Shown: in pieces, positions 26,935-39,555 of the stretch | Position numbering within the stretch: position 1 is the stretch's first letter | Layout of the letters: each line of letters opens with the position of its first letter | NCBI GenBank assembly: GCA_051362555.1 | Contig: CM120644.1 | Span: 9,122,954-9,186,953, forward strand | From: Lingula anatina | Taxonomy: Eukaryota > Animalia > Brachiopoda | DNA length: 64,000 nt | Direction of reading: 5' to 3' | Position numbers and translations under genes: made by a program | Notes under the pieces: model-generated | Told to the model about the DNA's origin: nothing | Database searches by the model: none | The model's input: only the letters and a program-made list of their open reading frames with translations

Positions 26935-29900
26935 GGATTTAGAACATCTAGACGATTAGACGGTTTGTATGAAAGCTGCTTACATTATGATCTAAAATTG
27001 TCAATAATTTGGAAATGCCGGCAGGAGGAATAAACTACAGAAGGTTAACGCTTAAAGTTAAAGGAATACAGTGTTGAAAATATGGGTTAAAGCTGTCATT
27101 TTTTATTCCCAAAAGTGGTGTTTGATCAATTTAAAGAAGGTGATTACATTTGATTAATTTTACACAGATTTTATACTAGTTTTTATACGCCCGTGAGGTG
27201 GCGCTGCGAGGAAGTAGGCCATAGAGTAACCTAAGAAGCCGTGTGAAGCAAGTTGATTCTAGGTTGATTTTGCAATATTACCCCTGCCCTATTACGTTCA
27301 CTTTTTTCACACTAATTTTTACATTTTCTTGTTCTTCTATGCCATGTTTTTGTAATTACTTATGGTCTTTTTTTCTTTTTTAATCCAGTTTAATTCAACT
27401 CAGTAAAATATATAATTAGTACAAAAATGCAATCACATTTAATAAATTGCCGCGCTTTCATTGGCTAATATTGTGGTCATATGACTTATCATGTGACTTT
27501 AAAATACTTTTTACATTATAGAAGCCATGTAACCGCAGCACAAACCAATGAGAAACTATGCAAGATATTAACTGCGGATGCCTGGTTGAATCTTAAATGA
27601 GATTTTAGTGGATTGGATTAAACGTGACATTTGTATTATCGTCTTTGACCCCATTCCCACAGATTTTAGATCGATCTATCCCTGTGGGGAGCCTCACTAA
27701 CTTACTGTCAGCTTAGCCGGCTTTAATGTCTGCCCCGCCTACTAAAAGCTGTAAGGGGGTAATTAACTACCGTGCGCGCTCGGCTGACAGCAATTTAGCG
27801 TGAACCCCCAGGGAGTTAGGTCGATCCAGATGGATCGATCTAAATCTCTAGAAATGCAGTCTTTGACTCGCTGTATAAAATACCGTCCCTTATTAATGGA
27901 AATAGTCAGCATAAAAGTACGTTTTGAGAACGACATTCCAGAAATCTCAACTTCTTACAGTTTTTTAATCGTATATACATCCAAAATATTTGATTATTCT
28001 GATACCACATGTACTGATACCTCTTTGTGATCGAGAGGGCATTGGGAGGTTGTAGACATGCTTTTATATCTATCGTGTGGTAAGAATTCAACGGAACACT
28101 TCTCTTGGCTTGGATGTCCTTCCTACTAATCTCTTTCCCGCCTATTAAATAATGGGTAATACAACCATTTCAAATCACTTCTCAAATCTCAAGGCGGCAG
28201 GTTAACACTTCGTGGTACGGGTCTCCGTTAATCTGATTATGTGTATCGGTAAAGGTCAGTGCTTGACCGCAGTTTATGTAAATCTTTACGACTGGTCAGA
28301 CTTAAAAATAAGATTTATTGCATAAGTTCCAAATAACCCGCCGAGTGAAGAAATATTAAGTCACGGGAACATTGATCGAGTTCTCATCAAGATATGGCCT
28401 AACGTTGATTGCAAGAACGCTATAGAATGTGGACGCCATGCCAGCTTCTTTCTGTAGGAGTTCGTCCAACTAGTACACCATCAGCTCTGCGGCGCACATT
28501 TAGAACAGGTAAAGTTTTTAAAAACATATATGCAGATTGAAAATACATTCAAATTCTTATCATTTTAGATGTTGTGAAATCCAAGTGTTACTGTCCCTCT
28601 TTTCTGGTACATAATTTATGAATGTGTAGATGGATCAGATTAATCCTGAGACGCCCTGTAATTATAGTACGGTACAAATCAACGGAACACTTCTCCTTAA
28701 TTATTGCCTGGGTTGTTCTTTGTTGTACCTACGCCACACTTTCCGGGCTGCTGAATACCGGATCACCCAACCATTTCAAACCAAACCCCACGTCACCTCT
28801 ATGCCTGTGCTCTCCTGAGACCGGTGTTTGAAGGTAGGAAATATAAATCTAAGAGCGCAAAACATTGTTTAAGCCTTACTCAACATTATACACCGTATTT
28901 AAAATAATTGGTGGCGCGCCGGTATATACATGTATAAGAGGTTACATAAGTTTTGCACAAAATTACATGTACTTTTAAGTTATGTATATAGCGAATGTAT
29001 AGATACCCAGTAACAGATAAACATCACTTCTACTAGTTTCTTTTAGGTCTAACATGCCAAATAATAAACCAAATATGTCCCTCGTCCTGAACATAAATAA
29101 ATAAATAAACAAGTGAATAAATAAATTAATTAATGCAAATAAAATGAAAATAAAACTGCACCTGCTTCAAACTTTTGATTGTAAATTGACCGGCTTATAT
29201 TGCATAACCATCACTGTTACTCCCATGTATGGATGTATAACTGGGCGTGCAATTGCATACTTATTTAGATGATACCATTTTTCGGGAAATATGAAACGAT
29301 GCCCTTTGGTAACATTTGGTCGGATTCTGTGGCAAAAATTAATACATCTTTTAGACAGCTGAATTTGTTTTTTTAATCATTTTGAATTATAATGAAATAT
29401 GGTCGTGTCACAAAATTAATTTTATTACTGCTATACAGACCAGTTTTTTTTTTGTTATGCCAATGTTATAATTTTGTAAGACAGCCACATTACCGCAAAA
29501 TGGCCTATATTTACATCCTTCATAAACTCATGAAGGCGCAATTATCTTCGGAGTCTGTTTGTCAGTATTCTAACGAACCTTTGAATTGGTGTGTCTCCAG
29601 TAAAGGGGCAATTTATTGCCACTTTATGTCCTATTTCATCTCACAAGTCGCCAACCAATGATTGACTACAGCCTGTTCATGTTTTGTTGGTGACGCCACT
29701 GGTGGACTACCCTATGTGGTGCGGCATCCTGGGAAATAAACGGATGAATCTTGCTCCTAAGATATTCTCTATTTACGACCCACACCTTCGCACACTTGAC
29801 AGCAAGAGGGAAAAAAGGAGCCTGTTGTCTCCGCGGTGCTTGTCTTATTCGGACAGCCACTTTGGAAAAACATTGACTATTTCCAGTGTCCTCCCTCCAT

Positions 29901-31044
29901 CAGCATATTTTACATACAGTGTGACAACACATATGATAACACTGCTTAGGACATTGATGCGGATATATCATTATATGACGGTAAAGATATAGAATGACAG
30001 TATCGTAGGGGTTATAGCGCGACACTAATATCTTCAGAAAAACAAAACTCTTGTTTTTGATCTGTGCGCTTCATCATGATAGCAACTTGGCAGCTTTTAT
30101 TCTACGCATGTCTGATTACAGAATTAACAATAATATGGAATTAACCCAATAACTATATACGCTTTACAAATCCTACAAAACATTTTACCACACACCTCCA
30201 TATTACTAAGAGCCTATTCATATAAAAGGTGCAATGTTTTGCCCCCCCCCCCCCCCCCCCCCCGTATCTCTGACACAAGGGAACTTTACTGTCATGGAAA
30301 TATAACTGTCAATATATAAACAGCTGCTCGTAAATAAAAACACTGAGGTAAATAATGCCCTCAACGATATCGTTATCGTCATGCAAGGGTTTGACTCCCT
30401 GTTATATGCTTAAAATGATGTCCAACCTTGGATAAGCTAGTTTGTGGCGACCTGGTGGAGAGTGCTCCCCCACTAGCCGGCCTTTAATAGCACTGTTTAC
30501 CAAAATACAAACATCATTTTAAGCATATAATGAAGTCCATATTTATTTATTTCCAATCCAAAGCTTTATATCAACATCAAAATCAAGTAGTGTTATGTAA
30601 GTTCAATGATGTCTTGGCCTATATACATGAAACTCAAAGCTGAGCTCGATGTCACTTTAAACACTGGTCGTTTCTCATGAAGGATTTCATTAGGAGTCAA
30701 TTGATAAATGCTACATGTCATTCAATATGAGTCTCGCTGATGGAATATGACGGCCGAATGAGGTTTTGGTCCTGCAATTTCTCCAAAACTAACATTGACT
30801 GTAAAAACAAAAAATGCAATGAATATACTGAATTACTGTTGGGTCAGAAAGAGCCCTCAGTGTTACATGATTAATAAATCATACAGACCATTCATGTTTT
30901 AACATCAATTAAAATTGATTTGAGACCCCTTTATTGCAAAAAATCAACTGAATTAATGTCAATTGCATAAAAACCAAAAGAGATAATAAGATAAACCATG
31001 GCAAAAACAAACTGACATAAAGGAGACAGAATGTATATATAAAC

Positions 31045-34000
31045 TTAGCACAATCCACATTCGTTGGAGAGTAATGCAAATACATTATTCCATTTTGGTA
31101 CTTGAATACAACTTTTCCTAGCACATTTGTGAAAAGTGTCGTACAGCCCCACGGTGTTTTCGTTGGCCTTCAGAATCAGTCGACCTGCTTCGTTCTCATG
31201 GGGAAGAAAAAAATCCACGTTGGAATCTCGTGGAATGAGGTTTATCAGACCCCTGAAGAGAACCATGGTTCCTATTGTATTCTCTGCATAGAGGGGTCCA
31301 AGATAGAAACCGTTCATAGCAGGCCTGATTGATCCGTACCCGGCTATCTTTCCCTTTTCCAACAAGACGAGCGATTCTGCCGTTGTTTGGTCAAGCCATA
31401 ATTTTAGCATTTCCGGTCTTGCTACCACGTGGTAAGAAGTATCATAATCAATAAGAGCCGACAGTTCAACTTGCTGCAGGTCAGATAAATGGTATGTGCG
31501 TGAGGCATCTGGTGGAAGAGGGATGTCCCTAAAGACGCCGAAATATTTTCCTCCCGTGTCTCCCCGAGAGAGCGGAGCACCGTTGTATCTTTCATATGTA
31601 TCTATCATGTACGAAATGGAACTAAAATGAATATTTCTTTCGCCATATTCCTCTGCAATGTTTCTCAGTAATTGTCCCCCTACAATGAAATAAAACCACA
31701 GGAGAAAATCGTAATATTCTTTCTGTTAGCAGTATGTATACTATAACAACTAACTATAACAGCGCATGCAGAACTACGGGCCAACACATATAGTAGACCC
31801 ACTTGAAAGTAAGGCCTCCTAATCCTCTTATGGTCTCATCGGCTCCCCACGCGCCACACTCCACAATTTAACAGATTAAACTCTAAACAATTGAACTCTT
31901 GGTCTTGATTTCAAAATTCGCAATCATATCAAAACAGTTGTAGACTTTGTGTTTCGGTCATCATGCGGTTTATTGACTCAAAGCTGAGATAACCAAGGAT
32001 TAATTGTAATTACAGCCAATACCATTTTAAAAGTTATTCTTTGTCTAACAAATTTCAAATGTAGCTGTTAAAGGGTTGGCAAAACCATCACATGTCATAT
32101 TCATTTTGATAGTAGATAAATAACGATCCACCGTTAAAATGTATAAACGTATATAACTTAGGAAGTTCAATACTGGTTGGAAATGTTCTTTCAATGGAAC
32201 TCGATTAAACGTACTTACCTACACCAAAACCGCGCATCTTTGACGACACTAGAAAGTGACCCCCTGTGGTCAAGTCATCATTAAATTCGTGTGTCAAATA
32301 GCAACCTACAAATGAATCGTCATCGTTAATACAGTGTGTGTAAACTGTACCTAAATTAGAGATTGATTGTGTATTCTATCCTTGTCTCAGTTTTCGGCCT
32401 TACAAGCTCACGGTACCCTTACCGCTGGTAAGGCCTCATAGCAGTATGTACAAAAACCTTGAGACACGTAAGTTCCTCGAAATATCCACGTTCTGACAAT
32501 CTCTGTGGGTCCTCCGTTGTACCTTGTAGTATGTATATCCAACTAAAAGTGTTTTCGTGTACCTTCAGGCACGAGGTTCATAAAGTTTGGTCTTTTTATT
32601 TCAGCTTACTACTGCACTTACACAACAGCACGCCATATTGTCGAACACTCGCGGAAAGGGCGACCAGTTTTTCAAGGTCGACCTCGAAATGGAGACCTGT
32701 TTCCAATGTAAACTTTTGCGACTTCTGGAGACAGGTGGTGAAGAATGGTGTTTGATCCATGTAGGCCACCTCCAATTTATAGATGTTTTACGTGCATTTG
32801 GCCATCCATTTGCGCTTCTGTCGAATTTGGTCAATTTTTGCGTTAAAACCTTCATGAATAAATATTTTAGAAATTTTATAATAATTGTATTTAATAGCAA
32901 TAAAATTTATTTTTAAAAATCACGTATTGTGTTATTTTGTATTATTAGTGGTATTCTTTTCACCCTTCATTAAAATACATGAATGGAAAATTAAAAGGAA
33001 TGATAAAAAATTAAAAGGAAAGATAAAAATTAAAAAAAAACGTTTACTTAATTTTTAATGTATTATTTATTTATTTATTATAATTTTATTAAATTAATAA
33101 ATATTTATTATTTATTTATTTTGGAAATGAAAAATGAACCACAGAACAAAACATCGTCATTCACTCTGAGAACACATCTTTGCATCACAGAAAAGACTTC
33201 AAGTTCACCGTACATCTTCACCTCTTCCTGCGTTTCTCTTGTCGTTGAAAAAAATAAAAATAAAAATAAAATAAAAAAATAAAACAATTTATAATAATAA
33301 TAATAATCAATAAATAAATTAATTAATTAATTATAAAATAAGTAAATAATTATAATAAAATAAGTAAAAAGAAGTCGCAAAAGTTTAAATTTGAAACAGG
33401 TCTCCATTTCGAGGTCGACCTTGAAAAACTGGTCGCCCTTTTCGCGAATGTTCGACAATATGGCGTGCTGTTGTGTCAGTGCAGTAGGAAGCTGAAATAA
33501 AAAGACCAAAACTTTATGAACCTCGTGCCTGAAAGTACACGAAAACACTTTTAATTGGATTAACATACTACAAGGTACAACGGAAGACCCACAGAGATTG
33601 TCAGAACGTGGATATTTCGAGGTACTTCCCAGCGGGCAAATTATGTTGTTTTAACGTTGAAACAACGTTGAACCATAACTTTGAGTAGACATTGAATAAA
33701 AGTTGTGTCAACCTCAGATAACAACGTTGTATCAACGTCAGAAAACAATGTTATATCAACCCCACCCAGCGGGACATTAGCCTGGATGTGTTTAGCAGTA
33801 GGACATGTTTGATGGCTAAATATATGTAGGGTATAAATGTACGGCCTTTAAGTTAGAATTTCCAAGATTTGGATTAATATATATAGTTCTTTTCTTAAAA
33901 ATATATATATGTATATATATAAGAAGATAACTACAACTATATATATAAATATATATAACAAAGTCACCTCAACCTGTCTATCTACAACAGGTTACCAAGA

Positions 34001-35015
34001 ACTGTTAACTCTATCACATTTACAGCAACTTATTTATCCTAGTGTTAGCTGACCTTGCAAGTAATTCAGTTTATTGGAATGTATTTCTGAATAACAAGTT
34101 AAGAAAATTCACTAGTTAACTAAAGACACAATTTTGTTATTATTTTGATAAATTTAGTTACAGTACTGATAAACAAAGTATCACGTTTTCAATAATTAAT
34201 ATTTTAAATTACAATCTATAACTGCAAGGTTGTGCCATTGACCAAAATACAACGTTGAGTCAACGTCACATTATGACGGTGTTTCGACGTTGCTGGATCA
34301 ACGTTGATTTGACGTTGAATTTAGGTAGATCAACGGCAATTCCACGTATCAACCTGTTTTCAACGTTGATCCAACGCAACTATGCCTGCTGGGTTAAGTG
34401 TCTCAAGGTTTTTGTACATACTGCTATGAGGCCTTACAAGCGGTAAGGGTACCGTGCGCTTGTAAGGCCTAAAACTGAGACAAATTCTATCCATGAGACA
34501 TGATGTTTCAACCATTCAACATGTCAATTTTTATAATAATTACACAAAGAAAATGACACCTCCTTCCCCCCCAAAAAAAAATAAATAAATAAATAAATAA
34601 ATAAATAAACAAAAAGAAAATTAAAAAAAAACATTACAAATGTAGACCATCAATAAATTATTTGGAGATTACGTTTTTAGAAATAATACTGACCCACAAC
34701 ATTTCCGTCCTTTTCCGCGACAGTCCAGCCATTTTCACATATTTTGAAGAGGGTTTCAATCATGTCTTGATGTGTATTCCACATGGCTTCCTCTGCCAGT
34801 TGCCACACCCCAGGGACGTCTTCCATTCTTCCACGGCGTATAGTGACCCCTTGGCTCCCCTCCATGGTCGAAGTAAAAGAACGCTGAAACACAGGTCTCT
34901 GTGTCCGGTGTCTGCGAAATGTATCTCCAACTAAGACTGAAGTCAGACGTTCATCGCGCACAGCATTGAAAAAGCGTGAAATCGTCACATGTCTTCGTAC
35001 TGTATTAGCAAACAT
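31045..35015 (-). CDS. Tandem-GNAT acyltransferase copy 5, 347 aa; join complement(31045..31679,32219..32305,34694..35015)
   Basis: Exons of 322+87+635 bp, GT-AG, open frame, motif KMRGFGVG. Confidence 0.85.
32382..34483. mobile_element. Mutator/Foldback-like element with long (~340-bp) TIRs in intron 1 of copy 5
   Basis: Termini TTGTCTCAG...CTGAGACAA with a 9-bp TSD ATTCTATCC (32373-81 / 34484-92). The empty site is present in paralogs (e.g. ~39055, ~56400). The core is AT-rich. Confidence 0.85.
33628..34393. mobile_element. Nested non-autonomous element (EnSpm/CACTA-like) inside the right TIR of the Mutator-like element
   Basis: CCCAGC(G/A)GGCA termini, many subterminal CAACGTTG repeats, and an apparent 2-bp TT duplication. 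Confidence 0.65.
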
Positions 35016-35980
35016 TTCTGTTATTCTCTTTGACTAATTCTTGATTGCTGTATAGTTTAAAGTTCTTTATAAATGAGAATATGGTCCACTTTTTTTTTCA
35101 ATTGATCGAATGCTACTTATTTCTTCTTTTAGAGGAAAAAGGAACTGGGCGTAAACATGTTAGTGACCCGTACTCGCTATTTTACTTGTCATGCGGTCTG
35201 TCCAACCAGGGGCTTTCTATACATCCAAAGACTTTTCCGAGCGTTGGGAATCCTGCCTACTCCCCCGCCTGGTGAATAACGCGTCACCCAACCATTTGAA
35301 ACCACAGCTCTCCTTAAGTCCGGTGCACACTGAACGTTACGTCCTAAGCTTCCTGCCTTAACTTACCTGAGTTATGTGTCTCTGCAGGTTTTCTGGAGCT
35401 CGTCTTTAGCCTAACTTCCAGTTACGCTAGACAGATGCTCAAGTAACTGTAATCCTGATATCAACACTGTGGGCCCTTCCTCGGCTATAAGTATTTGAGA
35501 CGCACGGGACCATGAACCGGGTGGGTGGAAAAACAAGGTATATAATCATTCTCTCTTCTCGTGACATGCTTTATTTATACCACGTCTGAGCCAGCAGATA
35601 ATGGGATATTTGCGGCAGTATTTTGCTTACAAGAGACAGTGTGCTTGGCTGTATGTCGATGAGCATCAGCATATTCAGTGAATGCCTTTTAATTAAGATT
35701 GTTCACGGAAGATTAAGGTCACGTTACCGATTTTTAACTCCAAACATACCTAAAGCTAGGGGCCATAATTCATATATTACTTACAATAGAATTTTATATT
35801 ACTTGCAATAGAACTTTATAAACATCCACGGTTTTATAATTAATATTTTTATTAATGTTTATATACGTGTATAACCATTTATTCAAGTAATATAAGAAAT
35901 TATCCATTAGATATTTTTGCGGTAAGTGCTTTGAAAGTAAATTATACAATTATTTTAAAATACTTTATTTGAAATGTCAC

Positions 35981-36334
35981 CTGGGGGGTAGAAAGAACGA
36001 TCCTGCCTCTTTTTATTTCACTGATGAATCTGGCAAGCCAATAATCTAGCTTTGCTGTTTCTCCGTCGGCAAGGGTGGGAATGGGCCACATTTTATCTTC
36101 TACAGTTAAAGGTTTAAAATTTCTCCAGGTACGCCACTCTTTGAAAATATTTAAGGCCCATCTCTTACTTTGCTGAGTGCTTTTAGGAATACTGCTGGAT
36201 ATATTTTCTTAAAATGTGATATTATCAACGGGTTTTTCTAAACGAATAGACGGCCTCTCCTCAGTGACTGAATTAAATAAATTTTGAGTTGGAATATTAA
36301 AGAGTTGCGATACGGATACATCTTCTGAGTCCAT
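35981..36334 (-). mobile_element. Crypton-like tyrosine-recombinase (DUF3504/ZMYM-KCTD1-related) N-terminal coding remnant; element ~35870-36690
   Basis: Translation IPKSTQQSKRWALNIFKEWRTWR...KLDYWLARFISEIKR/QDRSFYPP, with one stop and one frameshift. A subterminal hairpin with a GAGGCGCAGCCGAG loop lies at ~36560-36680. Confidence 0.7.
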
Positions 36335-36769
36335 ATTATGGCTCTCTCAGCGCATCAGTGCAGGGAGAATGAATATTCGAGGCATCTCCAACAACGTAAT
36401 ACTTAATAATATTTTCTGGGTATATGGGCCAACTTGAGCAGCACCAAGGACAGCGTGTTGCGTAATATGGGTATTAAGGCCAACCTGAGTAGCATTAATC
36501 ACGTACGACTAAATATGTCAAGGATTGCGGAGTAGCCAATGGACAGCCGTGGTTTACAACTCAGTTACAACTACTCGTCGGTCACTGTATGAGATATACT
36601 AGTACAAGAGTGTGACCATCGAGGCGCAGCCGAGATGATTACACCCTTGTATATCGCATATACCCAGAGCAGTTGTAACTATTACATAATACCCTCAACT
36701 ATATCGTCAAGCAAGGGCAATCATCCCAAAACATTGCCCTTGTTTATTCCCTGTTATATTTTTGCTTAA

Positions 36770-37110
36770 AGGGATAATAACTCTTCGTTTCGGCCAAAAA
36801 ATGAATTTTCCTGGAGTAAACAACAATTTTCCCTTACTTACCAATGGTTAATGAATCCATTTTTACATTCAAAGTTAGGCCTTAATTTTTTTTTTTCTAA
36901 AAAGTTTGGTTTTTTGTTAAAATCTCTTAAGAAATTTTAAAAGAGTATAGCCATCAATGGAGGTCACATTGTCTAAATACAAGCTCAGATATCAGAAAAA
37001 TAGCTATAACTGTCGTTTTTGTGGTAAAACAGAATATATTATATTTCTATGAGTTATTCACAATGTTTTTATTGTGAAATATAGATCTCATACGAAGAGT
37101 TATTATCCCT
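36770..37110. mobile_element. Kolobok-like MITE
   Basis: TIR AGGGATAATAACTCTTCGT with a TTAA TSD. The empty site is at ~43379 in the paralogous spacer. Confidence 0.8.
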
Positions 37111-37728
37111 TTAAAAATTATGTTTGTATTTTGGTAAAGAGTGCTATTAAAGACCGGTTAGTGGGGGAGCACTCTCCACCAGGTCGCCACAAACAAGCTT
37201 CTCCAAGGTTGGACATTACCAGTCAAATATTATCTATGAAATCCATATTTATTTATTACCAATCCAAAGCCTTATATTAACATCAAAACCAAGTAGTGTT
37301 ATGTAAGTTCAATGATGTCTTGGCCTATATACATGAAACTCAAAGCTGAGCTCGATGACTCTTTAAACATTGGTCATTTCTCATGAAGGATTTCATAAGG
37401 TGCCAATTTCTAAATGCAAAGTGTCATTATCAGTCTAGTTAATGAAATATGACGACCAGTTGAGGTTTTGGTCGTGCAATTACTCCAAAACTAACATTAA
37501 CTTTAGAAAAATGCAATGAATAAATGGGATTACTGTGACATTATACACTTCATTAATTTGGGCAAAAAAAAAGGCCTCAATGATGCATGATTATTAAATC
37601 AATCAGTCCATTCATTCAATGACAAGATCAATTGAAAATAATGTCAATTGCATACAAACTAAAAGAGCTAATAAGATAAACCAATTCCAAAAACAAACTA
37701 AAAAAGGAGACAGAATGAATTTATAAAC

Positions 37729-39555
37729 TTAGCACAGTCCGCACTCGTTAAAGAGTAATGCAAATACATTAGTCCATTTTGGTACTGGAATATAACTTTT
37801 CCTAGCACATTTGTAAAAAAGTGTCGTACAACCCTACGGTGCTTTCGTTGGCTTTCAAAATCTGTTGACCCGCTTCGTTCGCATGTGGCAGAAAAAAATC
37901 GACGTTGGAATCTCGTGGAATGAGGTCCACCAAAGCCTTGAAGAGAACCAGGGTTCCGATCGTATTTTCTGCATAGAGGGGTCCAAGGTAGAAACCGTTC
38001 ATAGCAGGCCTGATTGATCCGTAACCGGCTATCTTTCCCTTCTCCAACAAGACGAGCGTTTCTGCCGTTGTTTGGCCAAGCCAAATCTTCAGCATTTCCG
38101 GTCTTGGTACCACGTGGAATGACGTATCATATTCAATGAGGTCCGACAGTTCAACTTGCTGCAGGTCAGATAGATGGTATTTGCGTAAGGCATCCGGTGG
38201 AAGAGGGATGTCCTTGAAGACGCCGAAATATTTTCCTCCCGTGTCTCCCCGAGAGAGCGGAGCACCGTTGTATCTTTCATATGTATCTATCATATACGAA
38301 ATGGAACTAAAATGAATATTTCTTTCGCCATATTCCTCTACAATGTTTCTCAGTATTTGTCCCCCTACAATGAAATAAAACCATAGGAGAAATTCATAAT
38401 ATTCTGTCTCTTAGCAGCACGTATACTCTAATAACTATAAGAAGCAAATATAGTAGACCCACTTGAAAGCAAAGCCTCCTAATCCTCTTATGGTCTCATC
38501 GGCTCCCCACGCGCCACAATTTAACAGGTTAAACTCTAAACAATTGAACTCGTGGTCTTGATTTCAAAATTCGCAGTCATAACAAATTAGTTCTGGACTT
38601 TGTGTTTCGGTCATCATGCGGTTTATTGACACAAAGCTGAGATAATTAACCGAAGCTTAATTGTAATTGTAGCCATAACTATTTAAGAAGTTATTCTTTG
38701 TCTAACCAAGGAGTGTTATAACTCCTTGGTCTAACAGAATTCAAATGCAGCTGTTAAAGGGTTGGCAATACAACCATATGTCATGTACAATTTGAAAGTG
38801 GAAAAATAGCGATCCACCGTTGAAATGTATACACGTATATTACTTATATAGTTGACTACTGGTTGGAAATGTGTTTTTAATGGAATTCGATTTAACGCAC
38901 TTACCTACACCATAACCGCGCATCTTTGACGACACTAGAAAGTGCCACACCGTAGTCAGATCATCATTAAAGTCGTGTGTCAAACAACAACCTACAAATG
39001 AATTATCATCGTTAATACGGTATAAACTGTACCTAAATTAGAAATTGATCGTGTATTCTATCCATGAGACATGATGTTTCAACCATTCAACATGTCAATT
39101 TTATCATAATTAAACATAATTAAAATGACCCCCCCTAAAAAAAAGTAATAAAATAAATTTAAAAAAAACATTATATAATATACACATGTAGAATTATTTG
39201 GAGATTACATTTTTAGAAAGAATTAATACAGACCCACAACACTTCCGTCCTTTTCCGCGATAGTCCAGCCATTTTCACATATTTTGAAGAGGGTTTCAAT
39301 CATGTCTTGATGTTTATTCCACTTGAATTCCTCTGTCAGTTTCCAGACTCCCGGGACGTCTTCCATTCTTCCACGGCGTATAGTAACCCCTTGGCTGCCC
39401 TCCGTGGTCGAAGTAAAATAACGCTGAAACACAGGTCTCTGTGTCCGGTGTCTGCGAAATGTATCTCCAACTAAGTCTGAAGTCAGATGTTCATCGCGCA
39501 CAGCATTGAAAAAGCGTGAAATCGTCACATGTCTTCGTACTGTATTAGCAAACAT
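37729..39555 (-). pseudogene. Tandem-GNAT copy 6, +1 frameshift in exon 3 (may be a homopolymer sequencing error); exons 37729..38364, 38905..38991, 39234..39555
   Basis: Exon 3 is 636 bp rather than 635, with an A6 run at 37815-37820. This gives DTFLQMC* and loses the CGLC tail. Exon 2 has a G>W change, and the exon-1 donor is GTCTGT. Confidence 0.65.

Noticed and set aside
32459-33566. Mirror-image ORFs on both strands
   Set aside because: They arise from the long inverted arms of the foldback element and show no recognisable domain.
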